Assembly (NCBI GenBank): GCA_964618725.1
Contig: CAZUBK010000001.1
Span: 132,908 to 196,907 of the forward strand
DNA: 64,000 bases
DNA from: an uncultured Pseudomonadales bacterium
GTDB lineage: Bacteria > Patescibacteriota > Microgenomatia > UBA1400 > Chazhemtobacteraceae
Reading direction: 5' to 3'
The translations under genes and the position numbers were made by a program. Position 1 is the first letter of the stretch. Each line of letters starts with the position of its first letter. Below are positions 16,934 to 25,479 of this stretch, piece after piece. The notes under the pieces are model-generated. The model was not told the DNA's origin. It did no database searches and saw only the letters and a program-made list of their open reading frames with translations.

Positions 16934-19900
16934 ATGCGAAAATTGGCAATAATTTTGTTATTGGCTACACTTGTCGCGCTAATGGCTGGGACCTTTCCGC
17001 GATCAGTGAGAGCTTCTGATTGTGTCGGAGTGTACTTTCGAAATGATAGTACAACCGCACTTGATGAAGCAGCTATCTGTGAAGCGGCGAGCCCCCTAGT
17101 CGGGCACGGATTACAAGTGTATGTCTATTTGACAGATTATAGCCCTACGTCTGAAGGAGACTGGTTTTCTACCTTAGACCAGGTCGAAATGGCCTTGGGC
17201 CTGAGGCGGGAAGATGGTTTCTTTAATAACGAGAATGCTTTTATATTAGAAGCTACGACTTCGACGAGCCAACCTTGGGGCTGGAACATTACCTTTGGTG
17301 ATACTTTGATTAATTCTCCGCTTGAGGCGCGTAAAAGCGAAGTCAGCGGAACTTTAAAGAATGGTATCTTGTCGGGTGATGTGGCTTTAGGCTATATCAG
17401 CGCTCTAAAGCTAACTAATCAGATTGCCTTTCCAGTGGTTCAACCACAGCAACCAGTAGCACCGGCTCAACCGCCAGTGATTATTCAAGAAACTCGCGAG
17501 CCGGTAAACTTAACACCGGTTATAAATGGCATTGGTTTACTGCTCGTCGTGATAGTGGTTGGCGGTGGATTATTTGTCATCGTCACCAAATGGTTTCTGC
17601 CTTGGCAGAGTAGTCAACAAAGACTTACTTCCAAACGGGCATATTTAAATAGCCTGCGGGAGAAAGTGGAGCAACTGACGCTTAGCCTAGACGGAATACT
17701 GGGTGGCCAGACAGATGAAGATACCTTAATCTGGGATACTTTCGTTCAGTTTCAAATTGAAAAATATCCGGATTTGAGGAAAGAAGTTAAAGCACTCATC
17801 TCCAGTGCTCGGGACGGGTTAAATGCCGCTTTCGAGTTCAATGAAGAGATCCACAAAATTGAATCAGATACTGAAGAGCACGTCGACGAGATGGCAGAGG
17901 CCTATGAACGGGTCTATGCCAATTTAATCGGCACTGATCCAATAATCGCCTCGATGAGTGAGGCTGCCATGAGCGGATTTGTTGATCCGTTGAATCTTGG
18001 GACGAATGTTGGTCGCCTAGGCGGAGAGATCCGTCAAAGGATTGACCAGGCGCGCTTAGGAATCACCGGTTCGAGTTTCTTAATTCAATACCGATATCTT
18101 CAGACCGACGAACTTGTCAACATCGAAGGTGTCTATGAGATTGCTAATAAGCTAAAAACAATTTTGGTTCGCCTGATTACGGCGCAGACACAGAGTCAGG
18201 TCTTGTTAGATAAGGCAAAAGAAAAAAGGAGCGACCTCTCACGAGGTGACTTTTTTCCCGAGCTGAGTCCAGACAAGATCTTTCGTGAAGTCGATGCCTT
18301 AATCACATCAACTGAGGCTGAAAGTAAAAAACAGCTTTGGCTGACAGCATTGGAAGCGATCACAAAAGCCACTGCGATTTTGGGGTTTATCCAAGTTGAG
18401 TTGCCCGAAGCGAATGATAGCATCCGTGACTACATATCCAGAACAGCGAAAACTCGAGAAATAGTGAATGCAGGTTTTCGTCTGTCGGAACTGTTAGCAG
18501 ACCTAAAAATCTGCATGGACATCACCGAACAAATGGCGCAGCGTCTAAGCGAGGGAGATGAGGCGGTAAAACGCTCGATTACCAATCTTGACGACGCTTC
18601 GATAGCCATGCTTTACAAGGCAACAGAGTTAGTCGCGCTACGAGATAAAAACGTAGAGCGTTTGACTTCGATGTCCTCAGAGGTGGCGCGGGTACAAAGG
18701 TATCTTGATTTTCAAGCACAATCTGCTTGGGCAGCTATCAAAGGCCGGTACCCTGCACCAAATTACAACGACATTGAGGATAATGTTTCTGACTCGAGTG
18801 ACACGCTTTCGAAGTTGTTTGATAACCCTGCCGATGAGAATGATCTGAGTAGCAAAATTGCGAAGGCAAATTCGCTGCAAATTCAGGACTTCAAACAGAC
18901 CGAGGGATTACTCGATCAAGCTTTTGCTAGTTTAGTTGAAGCAGAGGCACAACTTAAAGAGGTCGTTGATCGGCTTGAGCTTTTAAACAGGCTTGAGGCG
19001 GACAACGCCCAAACTAATCTTGTAGTTCTCAAAGAAATCGAAAAAGCAAAGGCTCGTAGAGCAGAAAATGATCAGATGGTCGACACTGAAGTCGACCAGT
19101 TGATTGAACTGGCAGAGGGAGAGTACGGCAAGGCGGCCACTTCTTCATCCGCGCGTGATTTTCTGGCAGCAGACAAGATGTTTCAGGCTGCTCGTGAATC
19201 AGCGTTAAACGCCTACGGCTCGGCTGACAAGCAAATTCAGGCAATCTTGGCACTGCAGACCTCTTTAACCCAGTTAGGGCAGGAGGCATCGAGCTTAGTC
19301 AATCAAGCAATTGAAGGGCGACACTCGCTGATTCCGGCGGCACTGACAAATAATGCTGCTTCGCTTTGTGATGAAGCTCAAACGGCCTTGCGAAAGGCTG
19401 AGGCGAGCAAGTCAGAGGCAAACAAGAAGGAAGATCGTCAATGGGCAGCGGCTCTGCAACGATCGGTTAATCTCTTTAATGAGGTTATTAGGACTGCGAA
19501 AGCGGCTTTATCGCAACTCAATTCTGATTGGCATGTATATGATGGTTATGTTTCCTCAGCTCGTGAAGCAATTGAGAATGCTGAGAGGGCAATCGCCTCG
19601 GCTTCAACAAGAGTTTCCGATTCCGATGCCTCTGGCGCCGGAGCGGCATCCCTGAATCAAGCCCGGAACATGTTACCTGGTTTACCAGCAGTGGGGGCTT
19701 CGATTGACGAGCTCAGGCGGATAGAGAGTAGTGCGTCGGAAGCCGAACGTCTTGCACAACAGGCGAGGCAACAAGCTAACGCTCGAATCCAGGCTGTTGA
19801 AGCTGAGCGTGAAGAGCGCAGGCGCCAGGAGGCCGCTGAACGTCGTCGCCAGGAAGAAGCAGCCGCTTCGGCCAGACGCGCGGCGGAGTCGGCAAGGCGG

Positions 19901-20017
19901 ATGAGCAGCAGTTTCAGTAGTCACTCGCGCTCAAGCTCGGGTGGCTTTTCCAGCCGCTCAAGTAGCTCTGGCTTTTCGAGTCGCAGCATGTCATCGGGTC
20001 GCAGTAGTCGCGGCTAA
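16934..20017 (+). CDS. 1027-aa membrane protein: signal peptide + TPM-like ectodomain + Pro-rich linker + 1 TM + ~800-aa coiled-coil rod + Ser/Arg/Gly-rich C-terminal tail
   Basis: Signal peptide MRKLAIILLLATLVALMAG. Ectodomain 'VGHGLQVYVYLTDY...MALGLRREDGFFNNENAFILEAT...WGWNITFGDTLINS' parallels the TPM (TLP18.3/Psb32/MOLO-1) pattern 'GhQlaVlTV...W.lG.kg.dnGvLllva...rIevGyGLeg.ltD'. Linker QPQQPVAPAQPPV. TM GIGLLLVVIVVGGGLFVIVTKWF followed by K/R (positive-inside, so the rod is cytoplasmic). Long Ala/Glu/Gln/Leu-rich helical sequence. Tail ERRRQEAAERRRQEE...SSSFSSHSRSSSGGFSSRSSSSGFSSRSMSSGRSSRG. SD gagga 4 nt before the ATG. Confidence 0.5.
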   Translation: MRKLAIILLLATLVALMAGTFPRSVRASDCVGVYFRNDSTTALDEAAICEAASPLVGHGLQVYVYLTDYSPTSEGDWFSTLDQVEMALGLRREDGFFNNENAFILEATTSTSQPWGWNITFGDTLINSPLEARKSEVSGTLKNGILSGDVALGYISALKLTNQIAFPVVQPQQPVAPAQPPVIIQETREPVNLTPVINGIGLLLVVIVVGGGLFVIVTKWFLPWQSSQQRLTSKRAYLNSLREKVEQLTLSLDGILGGQTDEDTLIWDTFVQFQIEKYPDLRKEVKALISSARDGLNAAFEFNEEIHKIESDTEEHVDEMAEAYERVYANLIGTDPIIASMSEAAMSGFVDPLNLGTNVGRLGGEIRQRIDQARLGITGSSFLIQYRYLQTDELVNIEGVYEIANKLKTILVRLITAQTQSQVLLDKAKEKRSDLSRGDFFPELSPDKIFREVDALITSTEAESKKQLWLTALEAITKATAILGFIQVELPEANDSIRDYISRTAKTREIVNAGFRLSELLADLKICMDITEQMAQRLSEGDEAVKRSITNLDDASIAMLYKATELVALRDKNVERLTSMSSEVARVQRYLDFQAQSAWAAIKGRYPAPNYNDIEDNVSDSSDTLSKLFDNPADENDLSSKIAKANSLQIQDFKQTEGLLDQAFASLVEAEAQLKEVVDRLELLNRLEADNAQTNLVVLKEIEKAKARRAENDQMVDTEVDQLIELAEGEYGKAATSSSARDFLAADKMFQAARESALNAYGSADKQIQAILALQTSLTQLGQEASSLVNQAIEGRHSLIPAALTNNAASLCDEAQTALRKAEASKSEANKKEDRQWAAALQRSVNLFNEVIRTAKAALSQLNSDWHVYDGYVSSAREAIENAERAIASASTRVSDSDASGAGAASLNQARNMLPGLPAVGASIDELRRIESSASEAERLAQQARQQANARIQAVEAEREERRRQEAAERRRQEEAAASARRAAESARRMSSSFSSHSRSSSGGFSSRSSSSGFSSRSMSSGRSSRG

Positions 20018-20038
20018 TGTTTAGAAAATAGCTATTGT

Positions 20039-20064
20039 GGGAGTCCGAAAGGACTCCCTTTTTT
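20039..20064 (+). terminator. Rho-independent terminator after the 1027-aa gene
   Basis: gggagtcc-gaaa-ggactccc followed by TTTTTT. Overlaps the recO stop on the opposite strand. Confidence 0.7.
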
Positions 20065-20614
20065 AGGCCAAACTCTTGGCAGCGTGGAGACGATGATCGA
20101 TGATCTCTTCAATATGGTTATATATAGCTACGTGCTTAAGAGTGCTCGGTAAACCAAAACCGAGGTGATCAAGAATTTGGATTTGAAAATCGGTGACAAG
20201 AGACTGGCGGGTGGCGGCGTGAAGTAAGGGCTGATTCAGGTTTTGAAATAGGCGGGTGAGAGAGTCGAAGATCTGAGAATATACTTCGGCCTCGGGGAGA
20301 AGTTGGTCGATGACTTCATTTAAATGAAAGGCGGCACGAACTAAAGCTAGATCGGCCTTTAAGTGTAGAAAGTTATCAACCGTCTGTGCTTGGGTGACGA
20401 TTAAATAATGCGGGCTACTGGCAAAGTGGAGTTTGCTGTGGGTAAAGAGATCGATGTGAGCGGCTTTTCTTGAGGTACTGCGGCGACTGCCTTTGGCAAC
20501 GGCGAAAAGCTTGCCGTGATCTTTGGTAAAGATAGTAAGGAGTCGGTCAGCCTCGGAATAGTTACTGCGACGAAGAATAAAGGCATTGTCAATAAAATGG
20601 CGGGGAAGGAGCAT
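20063..20614 (-). CDS. recO: DNA repair protein RecO (short form)
   Basis: 'AFILRRSNYSEADRLLTIFTKDHGKLFAVAKGSRRSTSR' matches the RecO N-terminal OB-fold consensus (G.vLr...ygEsd.il.llT...Gkl.avakGarr.kSr). Confidence 0.6.
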   Translation of the reverse strand: MLLPRHFIDNAFILRRSNYSEADRLLTIFTKDHGKLFAVAKGSRRSTSRKAAHIDLFTHSKLHFASSPHYLIVTQAQTVDNFLHLKADLALVRAAFHLNEVIDQLLPEAEVYSQIFDSLTRLFQNLNQPLLHAATRQSLVTDFQIQILDHLGFGLPSTLKHVAIYNHIEEIIDHRLHAAKSLA

Positions 20615-20615
20615 A

Positions 20616-22601
20616 TTACTTTAACCTAATCTCAGTATCAGAATCGATTTCTTTAGTTTGTGGCTGGCCATCATAGGTAAGAGTGTATTTGGCGTTTAGC
20701 TTGCCAGGCTGCTTTTGGATAAGAAGAGAGTTAAATTCACCAGCTTTAAGAGGCAGTTTGTATTTAAAGACAAGTTTATTGCTGCTTTGGGGGCGCATAG
20801 TGAAGAAGGCCTCGATTACAGTCTTGCCTAGATCTTCTGTCGCGGCAGCAGTAACCTCAGAGCCGACTACTTCAATCATCTGCGAGCCCTTTGGGACATA
20901 GAGGCGGACCCAATCTCTTAGGGTGCCATTGAGACAAAGAAGACCGGCTTCAAGATTACAGTTGCTGGCTGGGAAGGGATTGCTGTAGACCAGGGTAACT
21001 GTCTTGGTGACAGTGCCGTCGGCGTCGATTTCATACTCTTGCTCTACTTCCTCCGTAACAAACATATTGGATTTAGCACCGCCAAAATTAGTGTCGTTGA
21101 CGTGGAGATAGTCACCTTCGAAATTGACTATTCGACCGGCGGAGTTAAATTCTTCGGCGTGTTTTTGAGTTTCTTCTTTGAGGAAGTAGAAGAGGGTGTG
21201 TTTTTGTTTGATAGATTCAAGGCCAACGTTGAGAAGTTGGGGCCATTTGGCTTTAGGGGAGCCCATGGCGTTGGCCATGATGGAATGCATGAGAGGACCC
21301 AAGACGGCTTTACGATCGGTGCGACCCAAGATATTAGTGGGTCGATCGGAGATTTCCTCAAGAGCATAGATAACTTGAGGACAGTCACAGCGTTTGTCGT
21401 TTTCGGCGGAAAAATTACCCCAGCCGCCGACGCCGACAGGACCGAGAATCTCAAGGAGCTTGACAGGGACTTGGGTGTCGATGGCGATAATGCCGTCGAT
21501 ATTACGGACACCGGAGATTGATTTGTAGTGCTCATAGAAAGTATCCATACTGAGTTTGAAATCGGGAGAGAGATTCATATTGCGCAAGTGCCAGACAGAT
21601 TCATCAAGATACTTCTTGATTGGATCGGGAGCCGGGATACTCTTGTTGAACCGATTGTCGAGTTCATAAATATCATTGCTATCAAGTGGAGTAATTTTAC
21701 CCTTGCTGATTTTGAGATAGGCGTAGGCAGTCATGAAGCCGCCGGTGGGACGGATTTCAGCGTCGTTTTGGAAGAGGAGCATGTAGGTCTTCTCGGCTTC
21801 CTGACCGAGAAGTTCGGGAAGGATTTTTATAAAAGGACGGGCTTCGGAAAGGACTTTATAGGAAGAATCAAAAGCATTTTGTAAATCTAACACCTTACTT
21901 CTGATTTGCTTGCCGGCGACTTGCTTGGGATATCTTTTAGGATTAATGGCATCGATCTCATCCTTGGCGAGTTTGAGTTTTTGAGTAATGCCGTCGAGTT
22001 GAGGGGCGATGGCGTCGAGGGTTTGGACAATAAAGACTAGACGATCCTCGACTGATTGGGCTGGTGGGGTGGCAGCAGTGTCGCTGCTCTTAAAGCCCAG
22101 GAGATCAGAATATGGCCTTATTGCTTCGATTAATTCATCTCCGGCGAGGGCGGCGTATCCGGCGGCGGTGAGAGCGTGTTCCCCGTCGAGATAGTAGCCA
22201 CGAACGAGAGGAATAATCTTGGTCCAAGAAAGAAATTTGTATTTACCTTGAGTTGTCTCGATCTGGACTTTGGTTTCCTTGAGATGACTCTTGGCACTAT
22301 CGAGGTCTTGGGATTGAAGTGAAACAAGAGCAGCGCTAGCGGAGGAGACGGCGAGACGGAGGGGTTTGCTGATGGCGTAGGCGGGTATGGCGATGGCTAT
22401 ACTAAGAACTAAAAGGACGCCAAAAACGATACCGAGAATCTTGAGAATCTTAAGGGGGCGCTTGGTGGTCTTGGGAAGAAGTTTGGGGGAGGCAGGGGTG
22501 GGTAGCGTTAACGAGGAGGACGCAGGAGGATTGAGTGTTGGCATAGGGACCTCTACGTCAGAGGTTGAGTCTCCATCAAGATTGAGTTTTTTCAGCTCCA
22601 T
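20616..22601 (-). CDS. hypothetical membrane-anchored protein with Pro/Ser-rich N-terminus and a ~570-aa extracytoplasmic domain (resembles the DUF4012-type proteins found in cell-wall glycan clusters; not verified)
   Basis: N-terminal PTLNPPASSSLTLPTPASPKLLPKTTKRP followed by TM ILGIVFGVLLVLSIAIAIPAYAI. Directly upstream of the priming sugar transferase. Confidence 0.35.
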   Translation of the reverse strand: MELKKLNLDGDSTSDVEVPMPTLNPPASSSLTLPTPASPKLLPKTTKRPLKILKILGIVFGVLLVLSIAIAIPAYAISKPLRLAVSSASAALVSLQSQDLDSAKSHLKETKVQIETTQGKYKFLSWTKIIPLVRGYYLDGEHALTAAGYAALAGDELIEAIRPYSDLLGFKSSDTAATPPAQSVEDRLVFIVQTLDAIAPQLDGITQKLKLAKDEIDAINPKRYPKQVAGKQIRSKVLDLQNAFDSSYKVLSEARPFIKILPELLGQEAEKTYMLLFQNDAEIRPTGGFMTAYAYLKISKGKITPLDSNDIYELDNRFNKSIPAPDPIKKYLDESVWHLRNMNLSPDFKLSMDTFYEHYKSISGVRNIDGIIAIDTQVPVKLLEILGPVGVGGWGNFSAENDKRCDCPQVIYALEEISDRPTNILGRTDRKAVLGPLMHSIMANAMGSPKAKWPQLLNVGLESIKQKHTLFYFLKEETQKHAEEFNSAGRIVNFEGDYLHVNDTNFGGAKSNMFVTEEVEQEYEIDADGTVTKTVTLVYSNPFPASNCNLEAGLLCLNGTLRDWVRLYVPKGSQMIEVVGSEVTAAATEDLGKTVIEAFFTMRPQSSNKLVFKYKLPLKAGEFNSLLIQKQPGKLNAKYTLTYDGQPQTKEIDSDTEIRLK

Positions 22602-22612
22602 AGAAATTTATC

Positions 22613-23239
22613 TTACCATTTACTGATCATGGCAAGGGGGGTCTTGATGATAATTTTAAGATCATCGAGAAGGTTTCTTCGGGTGGCGTACTCTGCATCT
22701 AGCTTGACGCGCTTGTCCCAGGGAACGTCATTTCTACCCGATACTTGCCAGAGACCAGTGAGACCCGGTTTGGCAGTCAGACTTTGGTCAATAAGTTCGG
22801 AGACGGGCTTGCCAAAACGCTTAACCGCATCTTTGATTTCAATATCGCGGATGGGGCGAGGGCCGACAAGACTCATGCTGCCAAGAAAAATATTAAAGAC
22901 TTGGGGAAACTCATCGATTGAGGTTTGTCGCAGGATCCTGCCAAGTCTAGTGATACGGGGATCTTCATCAAGAGTTAACTTCCAACTTAGACGTTTGTAT
23001 TTTTCAAAGAGTTTGGGATTTTTTTTCCAGTAAGCATCGGCGTCGGCAATCATAGTGCGAAATTTAAGAATGGAGAAAAGTTTGCCGTTCTTACCGACAC
23101 GTTTTTGACGAAAGAGAATGGGACCCTCGGAGTCGAGTTTGATGAGAATGGGGATGATGATCCAGACGGGGAAAAAGAGAAAGATTAGAACGGATGAAGT
23201 GGCAAGGTCGAAGAGTCGTTTAGAAATGTCGTAGAGCAT
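22613..23239 (-). CDS. undecaprenyl-phosphate sugar phosphotransferase (small 'bacterial sugar transferase' / WbaP-C-terminal/PglC-type initiating PGT)
   Basis: Single N-terminal TM, 'ILFRQKRVGKNGKLFSILKFRTM', 'DEFPQ', 'SLVGPRP' and 'GLTGLWQVSGR' family motifs. Confidence 0.8.
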   Translation of the reverse strand: MLYDISKRLFDLATSSVLIFLFFPVWIIIPILIKLDSEGPILFRQKRVGKNGKLFSILKFRTMIADADAYWKKNPKLFEKYKRLSWKLTLDEDPRITRLGRILRQTSIDEFPQVFNIFLGSMSLVGPRPIRDIEIKDAVKRFGKPVSELIDQSLTAKPGLTGLWQVSGRNDVPWDKRVKLDAEYATRRNLLDDLKIIIKTPLAMISKW

Positions 23240-23242
23240 AGA

Positions 23243-24370
23243 TTAGAGATATTGGTCGAGCTTTTTTTCTTCAAGAATTTTGACTATGTCGCGAACTTCC
23301 TGGGCTCGTTTGATGTCGCAGATGAGGAGACCGTCTTTTGTATCTATGATTACAAGGTTTTCAATACCGATTGTAGTAATAAGTTGATCTTCGGTTTGAA
23401 TGAGGGAATTTTTTGTGTCGATGCCGACGTGTCTGCCTTTGGCACCATGAACAATGATGCTGTTGCCATTTTCGTCTTTATCTGACAGTTCATAAACCAC
23501 TCGCCAGTCTCCAATGTCATTCCAACCGAATTTACCTTTGAAAACATGGAGCTTTTTAGTTTTAGTGCCGATGGCAAAATCTATCTGTTCATTCTTGGCT
23601 TTATGATACTCAACCTTGAGTACACCTTTTTCTTGCGGTGTTCCTATAGCATTGTAGATGTTCATGATATTTTTGTAGAGATCGGGAGCCAGTAAATTAA
23701 ACTCCTCTAAGATGACCTTGGTGCTCCAGACAAACTTATTGGCATTCCAAAGATAGTTGCCCTGTTTCATATATTCCTGCGCTTTCTTTGTTGGATTGGC
23801 GGGGTCAGAGATCTCAGGACGTTTAATGAAGCTATCAACTTTGTATGCAGTTTCACCATCGATTCTGTCAACAGGTTCTCCTAGCTTAATGTACTCGAGG
23901 CCTGTATGAGGAATGGCGGGGACAATACCAATTGTCGTCAAAGTTTGATGTTTGTCGACAAATTTGGCGGCGGCCAAGAGTGTTTTTTGGTAGGTAGGGA
24001 TGTCTGTAATGACTTGATCGGTCGCTAGATTGATTATTACTGCGTTTGGATTACGCTTGTGGACGTAAGCAGCAGCGACACCCATGGCCAGAGCTGTATT
24101 CTTTTTTTCCGGTTCGGCAATGATGTTTTCTTCAGGAATAAGTGGCTCTTGGCGCTGGATGTCGGAAACGTGATCTTTATTAGTAATCACCAGAATACGA
24201 GAAAGTGGAACTAATCCTTTAACACGTCTTATCGTTTCCTGAAACAGGGTGTATTTGGAAAAAAGGCGGGCAAATTGTTTAGGGCTGGTTTTTCGAGAGC
24301 TTGGCCAAAGCCTAGTTCCCGTTCCTCCAGCGAGGAGAACTACATAGACATTTTTTGGTGCTGTTGCCAT
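23243..24370 (-). CDS. manC: mannose-1-phosphate guanylyltransferase-like nucleotidyltransferase
   Basis: N-terminal NTP-transferase 'YVVLLAGGTGTRLWPSSRKTSPKQF'. Length and C-terminal beta-helix-like region fit GDP-mannose pyrophosphorylase. Confidence 0.65.
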   Translation of the reverse strand: MATAPKNVYVVLLAGGTGTRLWPSSRKTSPKQFARLFSKYTLFQETIRRVKGLVPLSRILVITNKDHVSDIQRQEPLIPEENIIAEPEKKNTALAMGVAAAYVHKRNPNAVIINLATDQVITDIPTYQKTLLAAAKFVDKHQTLTTIGIVPAIPHTGLEYIKLGEPVDRIDGETAYKVDSFIKRPEISDPANPTKKAQEYMKQGNYLWNANKFVWSTKVILEEFNLLAPDLYKNIMNIYNAIGTPQEKGVLKVEYHKAKNEQIDFAIGTKTKKLHVFKGKFGWNDIGDWRVVYELSDKDENGNSIIVHGAKGRHVGIDTKNSLIQTEDQLITTIGIENLVIIDTKDGLLICDIKRAQEVRDIVKILEEKKLDQYL

Positions 24371-25479
24371 AGTGAGTCTACTTTAGCAGAAAATTGTCTG
24401 AGGAAAAGGGAGTCAGTGAAATTGTAAGCGTTTTCTTGACAGTTTTTGACCGTAAAGAAGTGCTTTTTTGTTTGAAATTGCTCAATTGCTTTGACAAGTG
24501 AATCGACGTCTTGCTTGGAAAAGAAAAGGCCGGTTTGGTTGGCGACGATAGTCTCGGTGGCTCCCCCTTTTTTGTAGGCAATGACAGGGATGCCTGCAGC
24601 CTGTGATTCAAGTGGGGTCAAACCAAAGTCCTCGTTTTGGGGAAAGATCAGAGCTGAAGCGTTTTGATACAAACGGCGGAGCTTTTTGTCACTCACTTTT
24701 CCTAAGAACTCGACATTCCTGCCAGCAATGCTTCTTAAAAATAGCTTTTGAGAACCAGTGCCGACAATTTTGAGTTGATAAGGGAGGTTCCTGAAGGCGC
24801 GAACCACTAGATCAACTTTCTTGTAGGGAACAAGACGAGAGACAACAAGATAATATGATTTATGATTTACGAGATAAGATTTACGAGACCAGAAGTTGAA
24901 GTCTATACCAGGATAAACCAGATCTGAGTCGCGTTGATAGTACTTTTTGACTCTTTTTTGGATTGTTTTGGAGATGGCGATGTAATGATCGGGGCGCTGT
25001 GCCAATACCACATCAACTTTTCGAAGACTATTTTTTAGCTTGTCTAAACCGAGACTGGCAAGATGTGAAAACTGCTTGAGGGAGGGATTGTTCTTATACT
25101 CCTTGTGACCGGACCAGAGATACCGGGTCGGAGTGAGGCAGTAACAGAGGTGGAGAGTATCAGGCTTGGTAATGATGCCTTTAGCAGTATCACTGGTGAC
25201 GGAGATGACTAAATCGAATTGATCGAAGTCAAAGCTTTCGAAACCAAAAATGGAAACGGGGGCTAATAATTCATGTTTTTTGCGAAAGATGGGAATCTTA
25301 TTGAAAAAACTAGAAATGACCGCCAAGTCTATTGCCCATTTAGAGGAAGCGGGATTGTGAACCAAGGTGTAGATTGGAGCATCGGGATAAAGCTTATGCA
25401 AAGCGAGTAAGACGCGTTCGGCCCCACCCCATTTGTTGATGCGATCGTAGACTAGGGCGACTCTAGGTGGGCTACTCAT
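24340..25479 (-). CDS. GT4-family glycosyltransferase
   Basis: 'RVALVYDRINKWGGAERV' N-terminus and C-terminal 'EDFGLTPLESQAAGIPVIA' GT-B motif. Confidence 0.65.
   Translation of the reverse strand: MSSPPRVALVYDRINKWGGAERVLLALHKLYPDAPIYTLVHNPASSKWAIDLAVISSFFNKIPIFRKKHELLAPVSIFGFESFDFDQFDLVISVTSDTAKGIITKPDTLHLCYCLTPTRYLWSGHKEYKNNPSLKQFSHLASLGLDKLKNSLRKVDVVLAQRPDHYIAISKTIQKRVKKYYQRDSDLVYPGIDFNFWSRKSYLVNHKSYYLVVSRLVPYKKVDLVVRAFRNLPYQLKIVGTGSQKLFLRSIAGRNVEFLGKVSDKKLRRLYQNASALIFPQNEDFGLTPLESQAAGIPVIAYKKGGATETIVANQTGLFFSKQDVDSLVKAIEQFQTKKHFFTVKNCQENAYNFTDSLFLRQFSAKVDSLWQQHQKMSM

Noticed and set aside
16004-20064. Interpretation of the GC-anomalous island as a classical mobile element or prophage remnant
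   Set aside because: No integrase, transposase, tRNA target or flanking direct/inverted repeats are visible. The flanks are intact core genes (glyS, recO) with clean terminators, so it looks like an inserted operon rather than an active mobile element.
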